A stretch of DNA of 59,900 bases, filler included, from Sphacelaria rigidula (Eukaryota), in the NCBI GenBank assembly GCA_964200075.2. It is 6 parts of 6 records of this genome, joined end to end, with 100 filler letters (N's around TTAATTAATTAA, not from the genome) between each part and the next. Parts side by side here need not be neighbours in the genome. Positions count along the whole stretch, not along the records: positions 30,003 to 39,902 come from CAXNAA020007526.1; positions 40,003 to 49,901 come from CAXNAA020007527.1; positions 50,002 to 59,900 come from CAXNAA020007528.1; 3 more parts are not named here. One strand, given 5' to 3'. This document shows positions 38,295-50,740 of the stretch, in pieces. Made by a program: the position numbers and the translations under genes. Within the stretch, counting starts at the first letter, position 1; every line of letters starts with the position of its first letter. The notes under the pieces are model-generated. The model searched no databases. It was not told the origin of the DNA and saw only the letters and a program-made list of their open reading frames with translations.

Positions 38295-38423
38295 GCGGTG
38301 ATGTCGAAAGAAACAGCAGCGGCAATGGGCGCCCAGATGGAGAGCGGCATTGACTATGAACTTGCAGCCCGGCAGCACGACGGGTACGTGGCAGCGTTGT
38401 CGAAGATGGTCGACTCTATTGAG
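38295..38423 (+). CDS. Exon resembling the N-terminal part of dimethylarginine dimethylaminohydrolase/amidinotransferase (AVMSKETAAAMGAQMESGIDYELAARQHDGYVAALSKMVDSIE)
   Basis: atcag acceptor, gtatgt donor, 129 nt, phase 0/0. IDYELAARQHDGYVAAL matches the DDAH-type DxxxAxxQHxxYVxxL motif from memory. No other exons found. Confidence 0.62.
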
Positions 38424-41400
38424 GTATGTTGTTGTACCACGCATACGCACACGCACCCGTCCACCCATACGTTATAAGATCTCCCACTGCGCTACACTGG
38501 TAAGGAGTACTTCTACTACACTACATTCACCATTTTGGGACCTTGTTCTCGCAGGAAGTAACATCAAATCGGTGTACGTGAGTAGTAAATTCGTTTTTGT
38601 TTAACAAAGAAAGAAGGGAAATCGAGTCAAGCCATAGGGAGGCGGGCATCTACAGCTTTCTCTCAACTTTTTTTTTTTTGTCGCACCATGTGACGTTCTC
38701 ATTAAATGAATAAAATCGCGCTCGTTATCGTCTGAAACCACAGGAATAGAATCGCAAGGTCACCTGTAATCGTATTCTGTCGGGTACGACAGGAAATGGT
38801 CCACGTATCTTGATGTGTATCAGAGCAATAATCTTATGTGAAAAAGTATAAGCACGCCACAGTCACCCTCCCCATGCAGTGTTCTAACACTTCAGCTTCA
38901 CTTTAGTACAGTAGATTATGTTATCTTAGTAGAATACGTGTGCATTAAAATTGTTCCCCACATTATTTGGTCGTACGTCTAGCTGACGACTAAGACGACG
39001 ACAACCCGCTGGGGTTCCGAAGGCTGCTGGAGAAGTGTAACCGTGAATACCTTGGTGCCTTGTCTTCGTGTATGCTCCTGTGGGGTGTGCGGAAAAACGT
39101 GGACTCGTTCGTCATCCTTCGTTGAAAGCTAGGACTTATAATGAATACACTCTCGAATTAACAACCCCACGGTGGGTGGATTTGAAAATCGCCAAGAACA
39201 ACGAGGTTCTGCATGCGCGTAATATTGTACAGTGGAGTTCTTGTGCACATATCGTCGCCAAGCTACCGACTTGTCGTTGAACATCGACATCGAAAAACCA
39301 CCTCTAGAACTCTCCCACTGCCTCGAGCAGCTTTTCACAGCGGCTATTTTCCTGGCAACGAGCTGGTGGAGATGATCCTTTGCACCCGTACCATGAGATG
39401 ACTCTTTGCGAGCAACTCTCCGGGTCGAGAGATGATTCCCTCCGCCTTTTGAAATCGCGAGGTGGGCTCATATGTACGGATATCGTTCCATGGACCTACA
39501 GCGGTGTGATGTCGCCACTTCGAAGCGGTGGTCGAAATCGGCTTGCACTGTTATGGGCGCGCCTGATCCCAAAATGAGCCCAAAAAGTGTCACCGACCAA
39601 AAGCACGAACAGACCGGAGATCTCGTTCATCCGCTGACTACGTACGCCGCGAAATCCCTCAAAGTACTCGTGATTTGAGTAGGGTTTCCATTCCACGCTT
39701 TATAAGTTTTCTTGTTCCGGAGGACGAACCACGGCGTGGCTCGGCTACTCACCGGCGTGTATTCGTCTAAGCGACAATTGTAATGCTTGATTTTACGTGA
39801 GACGTTACGGTGATTGAGAAAACCGAAAAAAAAAAACAGTTTTTTTTTTCACTTAATTTGTTATAAAACTTTCCTCCTTTTTTCTTTTTAAAATAAAAAT
39901 ATNNNNNNNNNNNNNNNNNNNNNNNNNNNNNNNNNNNNNNNNNNNNTTAATTAATTAANNNNNNNNNNNNNNNNNNNNNNNNNNNNNNNNNNNNNNNNNN
40001 NNTAGTCATAAGACCATTGACCTCGCATCCCTACAAAGCCGGGACGGAGCACGCCGAGTTGTCGGGGCGGAGGGGTGAGCAGACGAATATATCTTCGCAT
40101 GCGGGTATGAGCATGTATAGACGGTGGGACTTACCCCGGTGCTCGCTCACATGAGCATGTTTTACATACAAATGTCCGCACAAGTTGTGTGAGCGACCCC
40201 TACACCTGCCTGCACTACAATAGCTCTTGCACACTGCACAATCGACCCGTGCATGATTCTGGTCTGCTTGCGGAGTCTCAACCCTGTGGATTACGACCAT
40301 ATATAGGTGTTCCGCAATCTACGTGACACCCGATAGACGAGTTGGGAATGTGGACCCACACTTACCAATGTCTTGCATTTCGAACGTGCTGACGCAAGTT
40401 GTTTCTTATCGTGAAAAAAACGAGAAAATTGAGCCCAGTCTTCATCTCAGCAATATCCCTTGCGTGAATTAATCATTGAAAATAAAATCGAGGCTTAGAC
40501 TCTTGACAGGCCATTTTTAATGGCGGACCGGGTCTGTATCGGACTGGATCTTCGTCGGACCAAACCTGTACCGGTAAACACGTTGCGTATGTGACTTGAC
40601 TTGAAACGGACGAATTCTTCTGGAGTAAAAGATCCCGAACTCTTTGCAGTCGAAGGGTTAACAGGCCATATCCTAATGGGAAGGGGGGGGGGCGGGTCGC
40701 GGGCCGGGTCTGAACCGGTACACTACTGTACCTTGTTCTCGCCGTCGGACAGGAGTACTTCCACCTCTTCACAAGATTGCCCCGCCAGCTGCGTCTTCGC
40801 GGAAATAAATGTGTCCTGCACCGCGCCAGTAGCAGCAAAAGCACGCCCGAAACAACAACGGTGACAATCATGACGTCACGTTCGCAGTTCCACATGGTCA
40901 TATTCTACAGTCGCCCGTGCGGTGTACCCGAAACAGACACGCACGTTCGCCCACGCAGGCGTGGACAAACCGAACACGAAACAACACTACGGTACCCGTA
41001 CGAGATGCAGGCAGGCATGCCCTCGCTGTATCTCTTCACGCCGTTAATGCGACCTATGCACGCGTGTTCGTGGGTATACGTTTGGCGCCCTTTTCATGAT
41101 ATGGCACCTCGATTGTAGTATTGAACGCATGTGGATGGGACGCATGTCTATGAGCATATGTAATGCGAAGTGTACGCGGGTAAGAGGACAGGCCTGACAT
41201 GATTGAGCCCATAAGCCTGGAGAATAACATGAGCGCGGGGCGTGAAATAGGGCCGTAATCGGAGTTCCTGACATTTTTTTCCCCTGGCTCTTTTCCAGCA
41301 AACTCAATCCGCCGGCCCGCACTTTAGAATGAGTCAATCGCGACATTGTCTCTAAAACATGTGCATGCAGTCTGTTCACGTACATAATATAGCCCGTTTA

Positions 41401-42970
41401 TGTGAATACATTTTGCGTACGTGTATATATACGGTACATGTGCATATGCACCTCGAGAAGATCGGCGTCTTCCTCAGAGTAGGGAAGCCAGTCGTGTCCC
41501 CTCCTTGTGAAGTACGTGGCGCGGATCACGGGGCGCCACTCTGGCGTCTCAGACCAATACAGCGGTCGCACCTTGCGCTCCTGCGTTGGTTTCGCATTTC
41601 ACAGGTACAGCAGAACGGGACGGGGAGATGACTTGGTCCCTCGAGGAGATGGACTCGTCGAGAGAAGGCGCATGGGTTGAAAGGGTGACGAAGAAAAAGA
41701 GACAACAGGGCGGAAAACTGTACAAATAGAACGAGAAACAAGAAAGACGAAGAAACAGAACAGATATATCCCTCGTGAGCGCGTCCCGGTGGTCCAACTG
41801 AAACGTCTCAGTGTTGCTTCCTCAAATTCATTTCTTCAATTAATATGAGAATCAGGCGTCTAGACTAAGCGCATTTCGTGTCTAGTGATGCTGAAGCTTG
41901 AAGTATACCTTGATTGATACCACAGGTGGATGTTCAAGTCACAGGTTTGGTGGCGCCATGACTACTCCAACTTGAGCACTGCAGTCGGTGTAGCGTCAAG
42001 CGATTAAAAGCCTCTACATCCCTGAAAAGGAACAACACCGGTCTAGAGCTGGATAGCGTGGAGGGGTCGTGGGTTCAAATCCCGACCGATATGTCCTCTT
42101 TTTCTGAGAATAATCTGATTAATACTTTGATCAACAACAGTACGCGAGGAGCACACACAAAATTCAAGAAGAGTCGATGCGGTGCGGGAGTGCTGATAGG
42201 AATGATCCAAGCCGAATGTCAGCATGTCCGGCCCGTTCTGGGGGAGAGGAGGGTTGAATGATCCCGTTCAGACCGCAGAGCTGTCTCAAGGCTGGGAAGG
42301 GCTCAACGCATGGCCGAACAAAAAATAGCACACACACACACACACACACGCACGCACGCACACACACGGCGGAACATTCGAGTGTATTCGCCGTCAGTGC
42401 GTTCTAGGAGGTATTCTATAAGGACATACTTTTACAAAAAAAACTTTCTGTTTTTTTTATAGCATGACCTGTTGAATAGTATAGAACGATCTGCTCTGCA
42501 TAGAACGATTTGTTTTTCATAAACGCAATCTATTTTTTTGAAGATTCAGTCACGTCAATCCGACGAGTTTCGTCGGCGTTGCTGTCCCCAAGCTAGATTT
42601 TTTTTTTCAAGATAACCTTTCTACCGGATTGAGCGTCTTCCATTCGATTGCGTGGGAGACTTTCAGCATATTTTCACTTGTAAAAACAAGTGGCGATGAT
42701 GCCTATTCCACAAACGGACGCCTGCGACGCTAAGTGTCCGTTTGTGGCATCGGCATCATCTTCACTTGAAACGTTACTCAATGATCCCGATAGTGAGCCC
42801 TGGCGGTCAAAGAGCCAGCATTCCGAATAGTTAGTCGTTGGATGTTTAGTCTGAAATCAAACAAATACCAACAAAACCACTCTTTGAAATCGCGGCGGGT
42901 ATCATACCCTACACTTGCATTCAACGTATCAATTGGGAAACCATTTTGGAATGCACGGCATAATGAAATA

Positions 42971-43284
42971 GCCGCGCCCCGGTGGTGTAATGGTCCGACT
43001 GTCGCCTTTAGGGTAGAGGGAACGAGGGTTCGATTTCCGATGCGGCGGTGTTTTTCTTCGTAATGCATGATTTCCACCGTAAAAGGCGTGAGAACGTGAG
43101 TAAACAAAGCAGTCGATTGGGTTTTTGTGACGTGAATTGACGCGGTGCGGGAGTGCTGATTCAATCCGCGAGGCCAAAATGTAAGTCCGTGGTACGTGCC
43201 GGGGGAGAGATGGGTTGATCCCTTGAGACCACGGACTCATCCCGAGGGAAGGGAGGGGTTCAAAGGGAAAAAAAAAAAAAAAAA
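42971..43284 (+). mobile_element. tRNA-derived SINE family B with poly(A) tail; 5'-truncated inverted copy about 1905-2130, 3' fragment about 53700-53780, related element about 42035-42330
   Basis: A box GGTGGTGTAATGG, B box GGGTTCGATTTCC, terminal A run 43268-43284. Body matches the reverse complement of 1905-2130. Confidence 0.85.
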
Positions 43285-45556
43285 CGTGACGTTCAATGGG
43301 AACCTGCTCAATGTACAACGGCATCAGGGAGAGGAATGTTTCGATGGTTAACCCTTTTGGAACCGTTGATGGAAAAGTGACGATTTACAAGTGACGTTTT
43401 TGTGGACAAGATAAGGTGGTTGTTTTTCGACAAGTGTTGATGATGCAGCCCACCAGAACGATGCACCAGTCTAAGTTGAAGTATACTAGTGTGACAGATT
43501 CGTGCACCGAACTCGAAGTGACGTTTCCCCGGTGACGAAAGCTCGCATATGAGAGCTTGTAAATCGTCACTTTTCCACCAACGATTCCAAAAGGGTTAAG
43601 GTCACTATTCCCTTCTTTGAAGGTCGACAAAACGGTTCGCTATACTAATGATACTCATATAGAGCGAGCCAACGAATCTAAAATCTAAATGTGTTCCGTA
43701 ACGTCATTCGTATCAACCGTATGACTGCTGGGGCAGATGATCTATTGAACGGGCACCATGTGAAATTCAGACACGTTGGGGCTCCATCCATCAATGGAAC
43801 ACATAAGAACAACATCTTCCTATTCAAAACCTCACACTGAATCACATCTAGGCACTCCACCCAGCGAAAATATTGTCTCCTTCGGTTTAAGAGAAATGAG
43901 AGAAAGTCTCATAGCACCCATACAAAATGAAAACCGCGCCCGATTTGGAACCAAATGTGGACGGCCGCATCACATGGAACAACACCAATGACGAGTTTTT
44001 AACAAAAAGGGACCCCGACAATTTTGACCATTGGTCAGGGGGCAGGTGTCTATCCAAAATGGGTACCTCATGTTGAACGCCCGACCATAATCGAAGAGCT
44101 GTTTAAAATCGGGTGAAGAGCTTAAATCATGGGACATGTCATGGCTTGCTTTACTGCCATGGCTTACTTTACTGCAGCACAGCAACACTCACGCTCCCTG
44201 TTATTGCGTTCCGTTTGTACAAATGAACTTGGTCGGTTATATCACATCAGCACATTTCCAGCCGTTGAGCCAATTGGCCTCGCAGTCCCAGCAGAGTTCC
44301 CGCCAGCCTATCGCCGAATCCCATGGTTGGAATATAAAAACACTTGATTTCAGTATGGATTATCACATTCGGATCTTCCGGGAGCTGACAGTCCCGGTGC
44401 TCGATATCTTACGTAGCACGCATTTTTGCTCATATCGGCCCTGGTGATTTCTTGTCAACGCATACGTTGTCTAGGGCACCCTATGCACCGTCCTTGTCGG
44501 AGGGTTCTCGGTACGTCGTGGGTTAGGGATAGGGTTGAGGTTTTAGTAGTCCACTTGTTGTTGCCTTCGAATGCCTGTTGCTATGTGGCAAACACGGCAT
44601 TGACTGCTAGCCTCGCAAGACATATGTCTTGCAGGAGCAGGAAGACTTATGTTTTGCAGGAACACGAGGAGGGTAATACATCAGAACGCCTAGAATTTGG
44701 TAGCCTTCACACAAGCGCCTCAGCTGCTCGCACAAACTCTGCTGTACGTCTTCGCCAGCCCCCTTCCCCACGAGACCGTTATTTGAACCCGTGCTCGTTC
44801 CACTCCTCTAGTTAGTACCTACAATGGTCATTATCCTCAACTATTTTGCCACACGAATAGGTTGCCAAGTATGGAATACGACACTAAGCTTAATTTAAAA
44901 GGTAATTTGCCCGTCCAGCATTATCGATTTGAGAAAGAACGGTGGTGGAAGAGAGCACACATTCACGGTCGGAACATGGCAGTACACGCATGGAAATACC
45001 CACGTTAAAAAAACGTTTCCGAGCTTCCCACCAATAAACAAAATGAATACAAAAGCGGGGTTTGGATGAGATGCATTGACCTTCATGTCCACAATGTATT
45101 TCCGGCCGTACACCAAACACTCCTCGTCTCCCCTCTGGTGTGCGGCCTCCAACCTTACGCAGTCACTCGACCACATGGGCTGCCATCTTCCAGGCGTGCG
45201 CGGCGCCCCCTGCCCTTCCGGTTCCTGTCCTCAATACACAATTACGAGCGAGTCATCCCATGTCACGAGAGAGACGGTGGGGGGTGGGGAGACGTGGGGA
45301 GGGATGAGGGAAGTCGAAACTTTCGGTGAGGATATATGCCCGTGGAGAGTGACAATGAGTTTTACGCGGTAGTGTTTCTATTCACCCTGTCACTCTAGAA
45401 CGAGGAAATGACGACTTGTCACCAATATTTCTTGCCGGGAGACGGCACGTAAGGCTTGCCCCATGGACGAGGGACGCTCAGCACAAGGATTAGTAGGTAC
45501 TTACGTGCCTGTTGCTGTTTATCTGGTTGACAAGAGTATGACATGATTCATACTTA

Positions 45557-46618
45557 CAGTAGTGAACCCGATTTTATGCCGGGTAGTGGGCCCCGTCAAA
45601 AACCGGCATAATATTCACTTGGCAATTAATCGATTTTATGCCAACTCGGCATAAAAGAGGGGCCCGTCCGATTTTACACCGATTCGGAACAAAATCAGAC
45701 AAATAAGCCAAGCACGATTGTGCTCTGACAAACATCCAGTGAACGTGAAACCGCGTTATTCTGAGAAACGTTGACAGCATATTGAAGCACGGATGGATGG
45801 CCGCTGTCTCAAGAATCGTTTTTATGCAGAAAGAAATGAAAACATTTGTGTAGCTCAAGCAATTTACCTCTCTGTACTCCACAGTACGGCAGTCTCATCT
45901 GCTATATCTACCCGCCGTTGATTCACAGTTGCCCTCAGGACAGCGCCTCGCGACCTAGTCACAAGAAGCACCGGTCGGTCCTTTTCATCAGGGTTAAGGT
46001 CGCGCGTTGCGACGCTCTAGCTGAAAGATTCAACCCCACAACTTCTCCCACGCACGGATCACCAACACGCATATTTGCTACAGTATCATGGGCCAAAATA
46101 AGTGCGAATATCTTGCTGTTGAAACTTGTTGTTCCCAGCATGCGCTTTAATCCATGCCATCCTCGCCTCCTCAAGGTAATATAACACATCTTCCGTGCAA
46201 CTCTTCCTGACTGTAGCCTCCAACTTTTCCAAACTCCTCTGCTACGGTTACATATGCCATGGAGGTACTCGCCACACTTGCGGCACCGACGTAATGTGTA
46301 GGTAGGGGGACCTGGCGTATGGCTCGGCAACTTGCACCGTTGCCCTGCCGCACACGGCATGGCTTTCAAGCTCACGTTTGCTGCTGTCTTACTAACTGTA
46401 GCCTTGCTGTACTCGCCAAATTGTTCGCTTCTATGCCCAGTCTGCACAAAGTTGGGCGCCAGGTTTTATGCCAAACCAGCATGAAACCAGACTACATGCC
46501 GTGTACCGAAGCCCAAGGGGAAAGCGGCATAAAAAGAATATTTTCCGTGTACCCTGAAAAAAACGGCTAATAATGTATTTGGCATATGATAATCAGCAAA
46601 AAGCAGGGTCCACTACTG
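45557..46618 (-). mobile_element. Internally deleted pogo/Tc1-mariner-like DNA transposon
   Basis: TIRs cagtagtgaacccg / agggtccactactg and subterminal ttttatgcc repeats. Minus-strand remnants CAAGQRC...CRKCGEYLHGIC and YYLEEARMAWIKAHAGNNKFQQQDIRTYF. Confidence 0.6.
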
Positions 46619-49600
46619 TTATGCCCGTGAATGAAGGCCTTACCGACCAAAACTCCGTTGCCCACAAGAAGTAAAATGAATGCGGAGGGATATTGAAGAC
46701 GTATTGAAGACGTCATAGACTGGTCGGGCCTGTGCCAAACCTCTGCCAAACATAGCACACGCTCCATCCCAAGCACACGACAGCAGTAAATTTTTCATTG
46801 CTACTATCTCGAGACAGGAAACAAACCGGCCTCTGGAACTTCATAGCCCCCCGCACACACACGAGACGTAGTGAGTTTGACAAGCGGAGTTACTAAATCG
46901 CCACAGCGGATCCGGAAAGCCCCAGAACGTTACAGGAAGCGCGTTTTGTAATATATTTTGTGTTTGGCGCAGCGGTTTGCAAAGTGCTGCGTCCTCCGCG
47001 GCACGCGAATGGAAACCATTTCAAATTCACTAGTTCTGGTGTGTGGGAAGCGCACGCATCCAACCGCAGTCCAATCCTCTGCACCGTTGCCGAGAAAGTA
47101 GCGTTGAAATATAAGCACAATAACATACTGCAACAAGGAGGGCACAACAACAGCACGAGCAGCAGCTTCTATCCTCCTGTTTTTGTTACCTTGTGTACAG
47201 GTGTACAGCAACGTCAGTCACAGGTGTGTTGTAGAATGTACTACTTCCTCGATCCCATAAGTCTGTGTCGTTATGAACGTTCAATCGTTTGGGTATTTTA
47301 ATGCTCACGATCATCCTACAGTTGGGCTCGTTAGAGAGATGACGCGCAGACGAAGCTGACCAAGAAAAAAAAAGAAAAAAACTTGTTTTTTATGCTAAAA
47401 TTATGTCAAACTATACCCCATTTTGGCCCATTTTGGTCCACTTGTACCCCGATGTTGACCGATTTTGGACGTTTTCACGTCGATAACTCGCAATTACATG
47501 CTGAAAAGTTGTTAGATGGAGCGTGTGTAGGTTGACGTCACGAAGATATCCAAATCAGTGGTGGTTCTACTGTTTTCACTTTTTTTTCACATTTATTTGG
47601 CGATTCCCGGGTCTCCTATGCTTTTCAGGGGAAAAGAGCGAAAAATGGTCATATTTTGACCCACCTACTTCTTCTCGGCCGCGATGCTGCACGGGTCAAG
47701 CACCCACGTTGTAGAAAGAGTGTTGTTTCTAGCTCAGAAACCGCCAACGAATGCAACCAAAAAATCGAACATCGAATCGGACATCGTTAAGGGCTCGTAC
47801 AAACATAACGATACAGACTTATAGGACAGAGGAAGTATAGCAACAGTACATTTTGTATGAGCGCCGTCGTCATTTCGAGTGACGAGTGTTCTTGTGATTG
47901 ACACTGATTGACTCATTTAGGTTTCATATCTTCTGCATTCAACTGACTGTGAAGTTGGTCGGTCCATTTTCCCGGTATACGAAGTATAGTGCCCAAAATC
48001 GGGCCTAATTCACGGGCATAACTGTAATACAAAACCGAGTAGCCTGAACATGAAGTTTCAAACGTAATGTTACGAGGAAAGAACACGGTGTATATGTTCA
48101 GGGATCAAAGTTCGAACACATCTGGACAATTGCTGAATGCATAAACAAAACGATCTACTTGTACTCAGGGGGGGGGGGGGGGGGGGGAATCAGGCAAAAT
48201 GATGCGTCGCCGCATGGGATGGAAATGCGTTCGTTCGAATTCTACTGATGATGCCTATATGCCAACGAAAATAAGTAAAAAGAGGGAAAATAAATGGTAG
48301 TTCTAAATTATCCAGCCACAGCAAGTAATGCACGTCGAAGACTTCTGTCTGCCTGTGCGGTTGTTTGTATGTGATACCCCCTCCCCCCGATCTCCACCAA
48401 ATTTTCTTGTTTCGGCAACCATGTTGCGAGGGATTCAAGCTCTCTGATGCAGGAAGCACTCGGACATAGGGAATCATCCCAAACGCCTTCGCATTAATTG
48501 ACACATACAAAAGACGCAGTCACCCATTCACAGTCCCAAAGTGAAAACACGTCCGGGACTAATCCTTGTCGAATTATCTTGCTATGTATATGGTGGTCCT
48601 ATTCGGAACAGTTTCACGCCCATTTTTCAAGTAACGTTGGCCAATCGTTGAAAAACATCAACCATCAACCGGAAGCGTCGCATGCTTTTTTCGGGCAAAA
48701 TCAGGCTACTCGCTCTGTTATTTCTTTCATTTTTCCACACAGCTCATAAGCTACCCAAATATCACTTCTTACTAGTGTACTGATCCGGATCACGAGCTAG
48801 CTCATCATGCCCCCTTTCACATATTTTCTCCCTGCAGCGCTGGACGCCGAGCATGCGGAGTGGCGCAAAGGTAGCGATTTGGCTTCTCTGACCCCGCTGT
48901 CAGATATTCATTGTGTTTTGTCGAAGGATCTCAGAGTCCTCTTAGATTCGTTATTTCGGTAGCTCAGAAGCTGTCCGACGTCTGCATCTTCCTCCTTTTT
49001 TAGAGTATCCTTCGGCAAGCGTCTCCGTTTTTGTTTACCTCGGGTACGTCCGTCTTGTGGATGATGACCACGCCCGAATCCCTCGGGAATCAGTTTATGT
49101 GCGGCCACCAATCCAACCAGCCAATCAAATCCGGAGAATAATTAAAATATGGGAGATCATTTATTTTTCTGTACTGCAGGGCACACAGAGTCACGCCCTT
49201 CTTCATGTGCGGTAATGACCACTGTACAGTGGCATGTGACCTTGCTAAAGCGGTTTGGTCTCCGCTGGGACTGCCTGAGCTGCTGCACTGCTGCTGTGTC
49301 TCATTCTGTAGAAAATAACCGTAGTCGGCACGCAGTGCTATGTCTTGTCAGGGTTGAAAATGCTACGACGAGTTTGTCGGACATTGGTTCGTTCTCAACG
49401 AAAAAGGCGCTTCGTGTCCAGACCCCATTATTCCTATGCTGTAGTTGACCCTGCAGTGCGGGGCGTTTTGATCCGTACCAAGGCGGTTTGATCTGCGCTG
49501 CGGACTACTTGAAGTGCTGTATTGTTGCTGTGTCCTGGTCGTCACAAAAAATGTATTTCGGCAGACAGTCCTGTCCAAACACACTCTTGAAACTGTCATG

Positions 49601-50044
49601 GTGTGTCGACTGTTGGGTCTACTGTAAAACGAACGAGGTACTTCGGGCGCAGAGCCACCGTTTTTACGCGCTGGGCCAGTCTGAAACCTAAATCAAGCTA
49701 TCACAGACATATGTCACCAACGCAAATGAACTGGGCCGTGATCCGCACAACTTGTTAACCCTCGAGTCAAGAGTCACCCTACGATAGGGGGGGGGGAGGC
49801 GTACTCATTTGTTGCTTGCCTTAGTCGTTTGACCATGGGGGGGGGGGGGGGATTTTGGGTCATTTCTTGCACGAAATTCCAAGTCAAATCGTCCTTGAAA
49901 GNNNNNNNNNNNNNNNNNNNNNNNNNNNNNNNNNNNNNNNNNNNNTTAATTAATTAANNNNNNNNNNNNNNNNNNNNNNNNNNNNNNNNNNNNNNNNNNN
50001 NGTGGCTGAGGTTGAGAGGGAGTGGGGGGGGGCGGGGGGGGCGG

Positions 50045-50091
<47 letters not shown>

Positions 50092-50740
50092 CTTTCCCGA
50101 TCCTAAGCGAGTTATTTCCAGATTGACCATTCGTGGGAAATTCCTAGGTCTTGCAGTGGAGGGCTGAAGAGGGATGTGGTAACTATTTTTGTATTTCGGA
50201 TTGGTGAAATGATCCCCATGGAGTTCCTGGCAAATCGCCCAGTATCGCCCACCTGAAGATGAAGCTGAATTTACCATTCAGCCATCAACCATAGACACAC
50301 GAAAAGGGGGCGTGCTTTTTGCTCCCCGCAAAATATTTTGCCACCTACCTACCCCCGTCTCGTGTGGTCAAGAGCCGCGCACTATGTTCCAGTTGTATGT
50401 ATAACACTGCGTAGATATTAGACCAGAGTAGCCCGTGTGTATAAGGGTACTGTACTGCTGTCTGTAGTATTTGTTGTGTTGTGTTGTGTATCTACTCTAG
50501 GCGCCAGTCTACACCTTTCGGTGGATGTGGGCGCATCAGCCGGTGTCAAAAAGCAGTAAGGTCAACACAAGAGTTTTGTTTTCCCTCTATTTTGGGCACT
50601 CCACCTTCCTTCTGCGGCGCTTGCCTTATATTTTTTTTTCGCAGAATGAGTTCAGTGATTCCTTCATCTCGTCGACCGTGAAGTCGATTTTTTTGTTGAC
50701 CCACGATGTAGGAGCTGGTTCAGCCCAGGAGTGGATTCAA

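Noticed and set aside
40601..40760. Chromodomain-like fragment ELFAVEGLTGHILMGRGG of a Gypsy element
   Set aside because: Too short and degraded, with no supporting integrase motifs nearby.
42971..43047. tRNA gene
   Set aside because: A and B boxes are present, but it continues into a repeated body and poly(A) tail and lacks a convincing cloverleaf. Called as a SINE head.
48839..48871. Small exon candidate ctgcag...gtagcg
   Set aside because: Lies in a dispersed repeat also found at about 54700-54900.
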